Source: Opitutaceae bacterium
GTDB taxonomy: Bacteria > Verrucomicrobiota > Verrucomicrobiia > Opitutales > Opitutaceae
DNA length: 34,632 nucleotides
NCBI GenBank assembly: GCA_039919035.1
Contig: JBDSGI010000459.1
Location: forward strand, 1 to 34,632
Direction: 5' to 3'
The position numbers were made by a program, and so were the translations under genes. Below are positions 16,721-24,646 of the stretch, piece by piece. A model generated the notes under the pieces. That model saw only the letters and a list, made by a program, of their open reading frames with translations, was not told the DNA's origin and did not search any database. How positions within the stretch are numbered: position 1 is the stretch's first letter; each line of letters begins with the position of its first letter.

Positions 16721-19411
16721 ATGAACGTTCGTCAAATTTCTCTCTTTATCGGATGCGCGGCGCTGTGCCCGCTCGGTCTCGCGGCCGACGCCGCGAAAAA
16801 GGAACTGCCCGTCGGCCCTCCCGGGATCACCGTGTCACTCGTCGCCCGCGAGCCGCTGGTGCGGAACCCCTGCGCGATGGCCTTCGACTCGCGCGGCCGG
16901 CTCTTCGTCGGCCAAGGGCCGCAATACCGCAACCCTAAGCCCGACACGCCCGGCGACACCGTCGTTATGCTCATCGACAGCGACGGCGACGGCATCTTCG
17001 ACCAGGCCAAAACCTTCGCGCGCGGCTTGAATTGCATCCAAGGCCTCGCGTGGCACGGCCGCGATCTCTACATCGGCAATTCTCCCGACCTCACGATCGT
17101 GCGCGACCTCGATGGCGACGACGAGGCGGACGAATACGTCATGCTCTACACCGATCTCGGCAATATTGAGCACGCGCTCCATGGCCTGAACTTCGCGCCC
17201 GACGGCAAGCTCTACATGAGCAAGGGCAACTCGAAGGGCCTCAACCAACCCGGCCGCGTCGCGCCGCTACCGTTCCGCGAACTCTTCGGTCATCCCACGC
17301 TCCCCGGCGCACCGGATTTTCCCGCCCCGCGCACCTTCACGCGCGATAACTACCGGGCGACCTACCAAGATCCGAAGGACGATTGGGGCCGCATGGGCGG
17401 CATCCTCCGGGCCGATCCCGATGGTTCGAAGCTGGAAATTGTCGCGCGGGGTTTTCGCAACCCGTGGGACATCGGCTACGACGCTGAATTCAACTGGCTC
17501 GGCACCGACAACGATCAGAGCGATGGCGACCGCATCTTCATGCCGTTCTTCGGTGCGGATTTTGGCTGGGCCCATCAGTGGAGCAGCCATTGGACCGGCG
17601 GGGGTCACTTGCCGACGGTGCCGATTAGCGGCCCGGTGTTTACCGGCTCGGGCACTGGTATCACATTCTCCGACTCGCCTGCGCTCCCGGCCGCATGGCG
17701 GGGTGTTTGGTTGATCAATGATTGGCTGCATCGCACCACCTACGCCTATCGTCCGCGCTGGGATGGCGCGCTCCTCCAGCCCGCCGGCGGCAAGTGGGAG
17801 CCCTTCCTCCGGGCTGGCGAAGCCCTGTTCAATCCCGTCGATATTGAGCACGGCCCGGACGGCTCGCTCTACCTCACCGGCTGGGGCGTCTCCACTGCCG
17901 CCGAGATCAAGAACGGTGCCCAGACCAACGAAGGCCGCGTCTTCCGGGTCGCGGCGACCGATGCACCGCGCCCGCCGATCGCGGCGCACCGCGATCAAGC
18001 CCACGCGAAATGGACGTTCGCCCAACTTGCGGCTGACCTCGGTGCGCCGACTCCTGCTTATCGCACGGACGCTGCCGATGAACTCGTCCGTCGCGGCGTG
18101 GCGATCCGCAGCGATCTGGTCGCACTCGTTACCAAGCGAAACCTGCCCACCGCTCAGGAAACGTGGGTGCTGTGGACGCTGGGCCGCCTTGCGCTTGAAG
18201 ACCCGGCGCTCGACGAGTGGTTCGCCGTGACCGGCGCGAAGCTCTCGCCCAACGCTCGCATCCAGTCACTGCGCATCGTCGCGCACCGTCTCCGTGAATC
18301 GAAGCGCTCGACTGCGCTACCATCCTTTGTTGCGACGGGATTGGCTGATCCCGAGCCTCGTGTGCGTTTCGCCGCTTACCAAGCCATTGGCCAAACGCGC
18401 CGCTCTGCGCTCCTAAATGACGTTTGCGCCGCCGTCGCGACTGAGACCGAACGGGTTTCATTCTACGCGGGCTGGCACGCGCTCCGCGACATCAGCACGC
18501 CCGATGTCCTCCGCGCCAAGCTCCGCGATTCCCGCGGCGGTGTGCGCCGCGCAGCGTTTCTCGCTTTACTCGACCGCGGAGACCTCGACGAGGCGTCGGT
18601 GCGCGCCCAGCTCAACGACACCGACGCAGCCACCGCCGGCCTTGCCGGTCTGTGGCTGGCTAAACGCAGCGGCAATCCGCTCATCGACATCTCGCCGGCG
18701 GCCGGCGACTTCGTCGACCGCGTGCGCGTCAAAATCGTGCCCGGCCTCAAGCCGGCGGTCGTGCGCTTCACCACCGACGGCTCCGAACCCAAGTTTGCCA
18801 AGGGTGGCGAAGGCGCGACGCTTAATTTCACGGAGACGACCACGCTGAAGGCGGCGCTGTTTGTGAACGGCCAGAAGGTCGGACCGACCTCTGTGGGCTT
18901 GTATCGCAGGATCGTGCCCGAGCCGCCGCCCGCCGCGATCACCTTGACTCCGCCCGGTGCGCCCCTGACCGGCCCACAGGTTGCCGCCGCGCTCCCGCGC
19001 GCGGATGCGTCCCGCGGTCGCGCCGTGTTTCACGCGGCGGGTTGCATCGCGTGCCACCGTGTCGGCGCGGAGGGCGGCTCATTCGGCCCCGAACTCACGG
19101 GCTTGGGTGTGCGCGGCAACGTCGAGCGCGTCATCCGCTCCATCCTCGAACCGAGCGCCGAAATCGCCGAGGGGTTTGCGCTTCACACCTACACGCTGCG
19201 CGACGGCAAAACCGTCGCGGGACGCATCCACGAAGAGGGCCAGAGCAACTTCACTGTTATCCAAGCCGACAACCAGATCGCCAGTGTCACTCGCGCGGAC
19301 ATTGTGAAACAGGAAGCCCTGTCCACGTCCGCGATGCCGCCCTTCGACCGCGCCATGTCCGCCCCTGAACTCGCCGCGCTCGTCGCGTGGCTGATGAAGA
19401 CTTCACCATGA
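16721..19411 (+). CDS. PVC-type heme-binding CxxCH protein (beta-propeller dehydrogenase-like domain, HEAT-like repeats, Fn3/chitobiase-like domain, cytochrome c)
   Basis: Signal peptide; LVAREPLVRNPCAMAFDSRGRLFV, DSDGDG, HGLNFAPDGKLY and GFRNPWD (propeller); DPEPRVRFAA (HEAT-like); VRFTTDGSEP (Fn3-associated); GCIACH...GPEL...SILEPS...SAMP (c-type heme with distal Met). Confidence 0.88.
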   Translation: MNVRQISLFIGCAALCPLGLAADAAKKELPVGPPGITVSLVAREPLVRNPCAMAFDSRGRLFVGQGPQYRNPKPDTPGDTVVMLIDSDGDGIFDQAKTFARGLNCIQGLAWHGRDLYIGNSPDLTIVRDLDGDDEADEYVMLYTDLGNIEHALHGLNFAPDGKLYMSKGNSKGLNQPGRVAPLPFRELFGHPTLPGAPDFPAPRTFTRDNYRATYQDPKDDWGRMGGILRADPDGSKLEIVARGFRNPWDIGYDAEFNWLGTDNDQSDGDRIFMPFFGADFGWAHQWSSHWTGGGHLPTVPISGPVFTGSGTGITFSDSPALPAAWRGVWLINDWLHRTTYAYRPRWDGALLQPAGGKWEPFLRAGEALFNPVDIEHGPDGSLYLTGWGVSTAAEIKNGAQTNEGRVFRVAATDAPRPPIAAHRDQAHAKWTFAQLAADLGAPTPAYRTDAADELVRRGVAIRSDLVALVTKRNLPTAQETWVLWTLGRLALEDPALDEWFAVTGAKLSPNARIQSLRIVAHRLRESKRSTALPSFVATGLADPEPRVRFAAYQAIGQTRRSALLNDVCAAVATETERVSFYAGWHALRDISTPDVLRAKLRDSRGGVRRAAFLALLDRGDLDEASVRAQLNDTDAATAGLAGLWLAKRSGNPLIDISPAAGDFVDRVRVKIVPGLKPAVVRFTTDGSEPKFAKGGEGATLNFTETTTLKAALFVNGQKVGPTSVGLYRRIVPEPPPAAITLTPPGAPLTGPQVAAALPRADASRGRAVFHAAGCIACHRVGAEGGSFGPELTGLGVRGNVERVIRSILEPSAEIAEGFALHTYTLRDGKTVAGRIHEEGQSNFTVIQADNQIASVTRADIVKQEALSTSAMPPFDRAMSAPELAALVAWLMKTSP

Positions 19412-20457
19412 AACTGACCCGCCGCGATTTTCTTGCCGCCACCACGGCCGCCGCGACCCTGCCGGCGCTCGCTCAGCCGCGCCCGACCTCCGGGCGCATC
19501 GACTGCCAGAGTCATTTGTTCGTGCCCGAGCTGCTCACCCTGATGGAAAAACGAAAAACCGATCCGCGCGTCTTCACGCGCGACGGCATGCGCTACATCC
19601 AGATGGGCGACTGGCTCCGCAAAGTCCCGCCACTCTACACCGACGTCGCCGCCAAGTTGGCGGTGATGGACGCCGCGGGAATTTCGCTCACCGCGCTCAG
19701 CATCAACGACCCCGGCCCGGAGTGGTTCGGCGCCGACGGCCCGGCGATTGCGCAGCTTCAAAATGACTACATCGCCGGCCTCGCGCGGAAGCACCCGACC
19801 CGCTTTTTCGGCCTCTGCGTGCTGCCCACGCAAGATGTCCGCGCCTCTCTCGCCGAACTCGACCGCTGCGTGAAGCAACTCGGGATGAAAGGCTGGCTGC
19901 TCTACACGAACCTGGCCGGCAAGTTTCCTGACGAGCCCGAGTTTCGCCCGCTCTTCGCCCGTGCCGTCGAGCTCGACCTTCCCGTCCTGCTCCATCCTGC
20001 GAAGCCGATCACGACCGATCTTGTGAAGGCCTACGAGCTGACGAGCACGCTCGGGAACATGTTCGACAACACCATCGCGCTCACGCGCCTGATCATGTCG
20101 GGCCTGCTCGACGAGTTTCCCAAACTCAAACTCGTTTGCCCGCACCTCGGCGGCACGCTCCCCTACATCGTCGGCCGCCTCGATCACCAGGTCACCGTCC
20201 TCAAACGCGGCCCCCAAAATCTCCAGCGCAAGCCTAGCGACTACGTCCGCTCCATCCACATGGACATTGTCTCGCCGCTCGCCGAGGCGATGCGCTTCGC
20301 CCTCGATTTCAGCGGGCCGGACAAACTCCTTTTCTCGAGCGATCACCCGTGGGTGCAACCGAAGGAAATCCTCGATCCGTTCCTCAGCCTGAAGCTGCCC
20401 GCCGCCACGGAGGCCAAGATTCTTTCCGGCAACGCCCGTATACTTTTCAAGGTATGA
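19408..20457 (+). CDS. Amidohydrolase-2 family protein (ACMSD/decarboxylase-hydratase-like) with Tat signal
   Basis: ATG at 19408 in an ATGA overlap, Tat motif TRRDFL, IDCQSH, QNDYIA, LLHP, PHLGG, FSSDHP and GNARILF. Confidence 0.9.
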   Translation: MKLTRRDFLAATTAAATLPALAQPRPTSGRIDCQSHLFVPELLTLMEKRKTDPRVFTRDGMRYIQMGDWLRKVPPLYTDVAAKLAVMDAAGISLTALSINDPGPEWFGADGPAIAQLQNDYIAGLARKHPTRFFGLCVLPTQDVRASLAELDRCVKQLGMKGWLLYTNLAGKFPDEPEFRPLFARAVELDLPVLLHPAKPITTDLVKAYELTSTLGNMFDNTIALTRLIMSGLLDEFPKLKLVCPHLGGTLPYIVGRLDHQVTVLKRGPQNLQRKPSDYVRSIHMDIVSPLAEAMRFALDFSGPDKLLFSSDHPWVQPKEILDPFLSLKLPAATEAKILSGNARILFKV

Positions 20458-21477
20458 ACCGCCGCCGCTTCGTTTCCGGTTCCGCAATCGCCGCTGCGGC
20501 GATTGCGCTCCCGCGCTCGGCCCGCGCCGCCAACGCACCCGCGCGCATCCCCATCGGCTTCTTGGGTGTCACCTACTCGCACGGCCCCGCCAAACTCGAA
20601 CTCGCCCTTAAGTCTCCGGACTGGGAATTCGTCGGCGCCTGTGATCCCACCCCCGCCGGTCGCCAAATCTGCGCGAAGCTCGGCGCAAAAATGATCTCGC
20701 AGGACGAACTCTTCGCCCGCGCCGCCGAACTCGATCTGCCCGTGCTCCTCCATCCCGCCAAGCCGCTCACCATCGAGTTCGTGAAGGGCTACGAGATGAC
20801 CAGTTCGCTGGGCAATATGTTCGACAACACCATCGCGCTCACACGCCTGATCATGTCGGGCCTCCTCGACGAGTTTCCCACACTGAAGCTCGTGTGCCCC
20901 CATCTGGGAGGCACGCTGCCCTACATCGTCGGCCGCCTTGATCACCAGATCACCGTCCTCAAACGCGGCCCGCAAAATCTCCAACGCAAGCCGAGCGACT
21001 ACGTCCGCTCCATCTACATGGACATCGTCTCGCCGCTGCCGGAAGCGATGCGCTTCGCCCTCGATTTCAGCGGCCCCGACAAACTGCTTTTCTCCAGCGA
21101 CCATCCGTGGGTGCAGCCGAAAGAGATTCTCGATCCGTTCCTCAGCCTGAAGCTGTCCGCCGCCACGGAGGCCAAGATTCTCTCGGGCAACGCACGTAAA
21201 CTTTTCAAGGTATGAACCGCCGCCGCTTCGTTTCCGGTTCCGCAATCGCCGCTGCGGCGATTGCGCTCCCGCGCTCGGCTCGCGCCGCCAACGCACCCGC
21301 GCGCATCCCTCTCGGCTTCTTGGGCGTCACCTACTCGCACGGCGCCGCCAAGCTCGAACTCGCCCTCAAGTCTCCGGACTGGGAATTCGTCGGCGCCTGC
21401 GATCCCACCCCCGCCGGACGTCAAATCTGCGCGAAGCTCGGCGCAAGAATGATCTCGCAGGACGAACTCTTCGCCCG
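19951..21477 (+). repeat. 758-bp diverged tandem duplication (copy 1 19951-20708, copy 2 20709-21466) with 11-bp microhomology ctcttcgcccg at 19951, 20709 and 21467
   Basis: Ungapped manual alignment. The amidohydrolase portion differs at about 60 of 507 nt and the Gfo portion at about 11 of 255 nt. Confidence 0.95.
20454..21215 (+). CDS. Chimeric ORF (253 aa): Tat signal plus first 85 aa of the Gfo/Idh/MocA protein, fused in frame to the last 168 aa of the amidohydrolase
   Basis: MNRRRF...ISQDE matches the start of 21212-22255, and LFARAAELDLP...KLFKV matches the end of 19408-20457. ATGA overlaps occur at both ends. It lacks the first half of the TIM barrel and may be non-functional. Confidence 0.75.
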   Translation: MNRRRFVSGSAIAAAAIALPRSARAANAPARIPIGFLGVTYSHGPAKLELALKSPDWEFVGACDPTPAGRQICAKLGAKMISQDELFARAAELDLPVLLHPAKPLTIEFVKGYEMTSSLGNMFDNTIALTRLIMSGLLDEFPTLKLVCPHLGGTLPYIVGRLDHQITVLKRGPQNLQRKPSDYVRSIYMDIVSPLPEAMRFALDFSGPDKLLFSSDHPWVQPKEILDPFLSLKLSAATEAKILSGNARKLFKV

Positions 21478-22255
21478 CGCGCGCGTCGTCGCCGTGGAAT
21501 CCGACATTCGCGATCACGCTGCCCACGCGTTGTTCGTGCTCCGTGCCGGCAAACATCTTCACCTCGAAAAAACACCGGTCGCCAAACTCGCCGACATGCA
21601 AGCCATCGTCGCACTCGCGCGCGAAAGGAACCTCCTCGTTCAAGTCGGCTTCATGTGGCGCTATCATCCCGGTTTCCGCGCCATCTCCGAGGCGGTGCGG
21701 GCCGGTTGGCTGGGGGAAATCTATCTCGTCCGCGGTTTCATCTCCAACTCCCTCCCGCCCGATCGTCGCAAGGAGTGGGCGGAGTTTCCCGGCGGCTCCA
21801 TGTTCGAACTCGGGTCACACCTGCTCGACGCCGCGGTGCGGCTGCTCGGAAAACCGAATAGCGTCACGCCCTTCCTCTCGCGCCACGGCCAATCCGACGA
21901 CGGACTGCGCGACAACAACCTCGCCGTGCTCGACTACGACCGCGCTCGCGCCGTGATTTTCAACACCGCGCTCCAAGCCGGTGCGAAGCCACCACGCTCC
22001 TTTGAGGTCCTTGGCACCAACGGCACTGCGACGCTCACCCCCATCGAGCCGGGCAAGCTCACGCTCGACCTCGCCACCCCCGCCGGCCCCTACAAGAAAG
22101 GCCCGCAGGAAGTGCCGCTCGCCGCCTACAAGCGTTACGTCGACGACTTCATCGAGCTCGCCGCCGCTGTGCGCGGCGAAAAGCCCCTCACCGTCTCTCT
22201 CGAAGAGGAACTCGTCGTCGCTGAAACGATCCTCCGCGCCTGCGGCATGGCGTGA
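21212..22255 (+). CDS. Gfo/Idh/MocA family oxidoreductase with Tat signal
   Basis: NRRRF Tat motif, AGKHLHLEKT (EKP variant), VGFMWRYHP, G-LGEI, GGSMFELGSH and VLGTNG. Confidence 0.9.
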   Translation: MNRRRFVSGSAIAAAAIALPRSARAANAPARIPLGFLGVTYSHGAAKLELALKSPDWEFVGACDPTPAGRQICAKLGARMISQDELFARARVVAVESDIRDHAAHALFVLRAGKHLHLEKTPVAKLADMQAIVALARERNLLVQVGFMWRYHPGFRAISEAVRAGWLGEIYLVRGFISNSLPPDRRKEWAEFPGGSMFELGSHLLDAAVRLLGKPNSVTPFLSRHGQSDDGLRDNNLAVLDYDRARAVIFNTALQAGAKPPRSFEVLGTNGTATLTPIEPGKLTLDLATPAGPYKKGPQEVPLAAYKRYVDDFIELAAAVRGEKPLTVSLEEELVVAETILRACGMA

Positions 22256-23235
22256 CCACCGATCCCATGCGCGCATTCTTCGCCGTCCTCGCGTTCATCC
22301 CCTTCCTCTGCTTCGCCGCCCCGGCGCCCGAGGTCACCTTCAGCCGCGCGCCGGATCGCGTCCGCATCGAGATCGGAGGGAAGCATTTCTCCGACTACAT
22401 TTACGCCGGCTGGCCCAAGCCTTGCCTCTATCCAATCCTCGACGCCGATGAAACGAGCTACACGCGCGATTTCCCGTTCAAGAAGAACCCCGCCGAGGTT
22501 CCTGACCACGACTGGCACCGCGGCGTGTGGTTCGCCCACGGGGCCGTCAACGGTCACGACCTCTGGCGCGAGATTCCGGAGAAAAAAACTGGCCGCATTG
22601 TCCTCGATAAAATCCTCGAAACGCGCGCCGGTCCTACCGGCCTGCTCCGCGTCCGCCAACTCTGGCAAACCCACGACGGGCAGACGCTCCTCACCGACGA
22701 GACTACGTTGAGCATATGGCGCACCCTCGACGGCACGATCCTCGACTACGAGGTGAAACTCATCGCGACGCACGGCGCCGTCACACTCGGCGACACCGAG
22801 GAGGGCACGATGGCCGTGCGCGTGAATGAGGCGATCCGCGTCACTCACGGCAAAAACAAGGAGAAGCGTCCCGGCACTGGCGCCCTCGTAAACTCCGCCG
22901 GCGATTCCGGCATCCCCGCCTGGGGTAAACGCGCCGCGTGGGCCGCCTACTCCGGCCCGCTCGCCGATGGCCGGGTGATCGGCATCGCGCTCCTCGAGCA
23001 CCCGCAGAATTTCCGTCACCCCACCTGGTGGCACGCGCGCGACTACGGGCTCCTCTCGGCCAATCCTTTTGGTCGGCACGATTTCGAGAAACTCAAAGAC
23101 AACCTCACCGCCGGCGACCACGTCATGCCCGCCGGCGGCGAACTTTTGCTCCGCTACCGCCTCATCTTCCACCACGGTGACGCCAAAACCGCCCGCATCG
23201 CTGAACGCTTCCGCGTCTATGCGGCTACGCCTTGA
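22252..23235 (+). CDS. DUF6807 / 'PmoA-family' secreted protein (not a methane monooxygenase)
   Basis: Signal peptide, KPCLYPI, DHDWHRGVWFAHG-VNG-DLW, WGKRA-W, HPQN and WHARDYG. The start is GTG 22252 (GTGA overlap) or ATG 22267. Confidence 0.78.
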   Translation: MTTDPMRAFFAVLAFIPFLCFAAPAPEVTFSRAPDRVRIEIGGKHFSDYIYAGWPKPCLYPILDADETSYTRDFPFKKNPAEVPDHDWHRGVWFAHGAVNGHDLWREIPEKKTGRIVLDKILETRAGPTGLLRVRQLWQTHDGQTLLTDETTLSIWRTLDGTILDYEVKLIATHGAVTLGDTEEGTMAVRVNEAIRVTHGKNKEKRPGTGALVNSAGDSGIPAWGKRAAWAAYSGPLADGRVIGIALLEHPQNFRHPTWWHARDYGLLSANPFGRHDFEKLKDNLTAGDHVMPAGGELLLRYRLIFHHGDAKTARIAERFRVYAATP

Positions 23236-23290
23236 TCGCACGCCTTGGCGTTCGAAGTTGGGTTGCCGGCCTGTCGCACACGGGCTGCTT

Positions 23291-23332
23291 CGGTCATCCT
23301 GACGTTGAAGGCTGATCGATCGGCACCCCCTC
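23291..23332. repeat. 42-bp imperfect direct repeat, copy B, covering the last 12 codons and stop of the response regulator
   Basis: 36/42 identical to 6653-6694. On the minus strand it reads EGVPIDQPSTSG* here and EDVAIDQPSTSE* at copy A. Confidence 0.85.
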
Positions 23333-24646
23333 AGCTCGAAGGCGCTGGAGTTTGTAGGTCAGCGCGCGGCGACTGATGGCGAGTTCCTTGGCGGTCTCGG
23401 TGCGGTTGTAATTATTTTTGCGCAGCGCTTTCAGGATCGCTTCGCGCTCGATTTCTTCGAGCCGTCGGGGATCGGCTTCGGTCGCAATGTCGGGCGGCGC
23501 GGCGACGAGGCGGGCCGGCAGGTGCTCCGGCAGGACCACTTCGCCGCGCGAGAGGAGCGCGGCGCGCTCCATCGCGTTGCGGAGCTCGCGCACGTTGCCG
23601 GGCCAGCGGTAGCGCGTGAGCGCGTTGGCGACAGTGGCGGAAAAGCGCGGCTTCTGCCGGGAAAACTGGCCAATGAAGTGCGTGGCCATGGGCAGAATAT
23701 CCTCCGGTCGCTCGCGAAGCGGGGGCAGATGAATCTCCATCACGTTGAGGCGATAGAACAGATCCTCGCGGAAGCGCCCGGCGGCGATCTGCGCCTCAAG
23801 ATCGTGACTGGTCGTGGCCAGCACGCGGGCATTGGTTGGGACATCGCGTGGCGATCCGACCCGGCGAAACGTCCCGTCATTGATGATGCGCAGGAGCGAG
23901 GCTTGGATCGTCGTGGGCAGGTCGCCGATCTCATCGAGGAGAATTGTGCCGCCCGCCGCCGCCTCGAAACGGCCGACGCTGCTCTGCGCGGCGCCGGCGA
24001 ACGCGTTTTTCTCATGGCCGAACAATTCGCTCTCGAGCACGTCCGCCGGAATCGCGGCGCAGTTGACCTTGATCAGCGGTCCGGCCGCACGGCGGCTCCA
24101 CGCGTGAATGAGGTCGGCGACGATTTCCTTGCCGACGCCGCTTTCGCCGGTGATAAGCACGCGGGTGTCGGTCGGGGCGATCACGGCGGTGTCGCGCAGC
24201 ACCGCCTGCATGAGCGGGCTTTGGGCGATAATGCCGGCGGGCAGCGGCGGCGGGGTTGGGCCCGAGACAACGGGCTCGGCGCCGGGATCGAGGGCGAGCC
24301 GCACCGATGTGATGAACTCTTCCAAGTCGATCGGTTTCGCGAGGTAGTTGACGGCGCCGTCGCGCATCGCGGCGACGGCGCTGCGAATATCCGCAAAAGC
24401 GGTGACCAGCAGCACGGGCAGGTCGGCGTGCTTTTGGCGCACGCGGCGCAGAGTTTCGATGCCTGACATGCCGGGCATGCGAACATCGCTCACCATCATG
24501 GCGAACGGCTGCTCGGCGAGCATTTGCAGGGCGGCCTCGCCGGACGCGGCGGTTTGTGTCTCGTAGCCTTGGGCGCGGAGAAACGTTTCCAGCAGGCTAC
24601 GTTGGCCGCGGTCGTCGTCGACGATGAGAATGCGAGGGGGCTTCAC
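23294..24646 (-). CDS. NtrC/AtoC-like response regulator (REC, AAA+, Fis-type HTH), 450 aa
   Basis: GTG start at 24646 overlaps the kinase stop (GTGA). Motifs RILIVDDD, SDVRMPGMSG, GESGVGKE, LLDEIG, FREDLFYRL, WPGNVREL and a C-terminal HTH. GAFTGA is replaced by NAFAGA. Confidence 0.92.
   Translation of the reverse strand: MKPPRILIVDDDRGQRSLLETFLRAQGYETQTAASGEAALQMLAEQPFAMMVSDVRMPGMSGIETLRRVRQKHADLPVLLVTAFADIRSAVAAMRDGAVNYLAKPIDLEEFITSVRLALDPGAEPVVSGPTPPPLPAGIIAQSPLMQAVLRDTAVIAPTDTRVLITGESGVGKEIVADLIHAWSRRAAGPLIKVNCAAIPADVLESELFGHEKNAFAGAAQSSVGRFEAAAGGTILLDEIGDLPTTIQASLLRIINDGTFRRVGSPRDVPTNARVLATTSHDLEAQIAAGRFREDLFYRLNVMEIHLPPLRERPEDILPMATHFIGQFSRQKPRFSATVANALTRYRWPGNVRELRNAMERAALLSRGEVVLPEHLPARLVAAPPDIATEADPRRLEEIEREAILKALRKNNYNRTETAKELAISRRALTYKLQRLRAEGVPIDQPSTSG

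Noticed and set aside
22252-23235. Methane oxidation implied by the 'PmoA family' label
   Set aside because: The protein is a soluble secreted type without the multiple TM helices of particulate methane monooxygenase, and there are no pmoB or pmoC neighbours.
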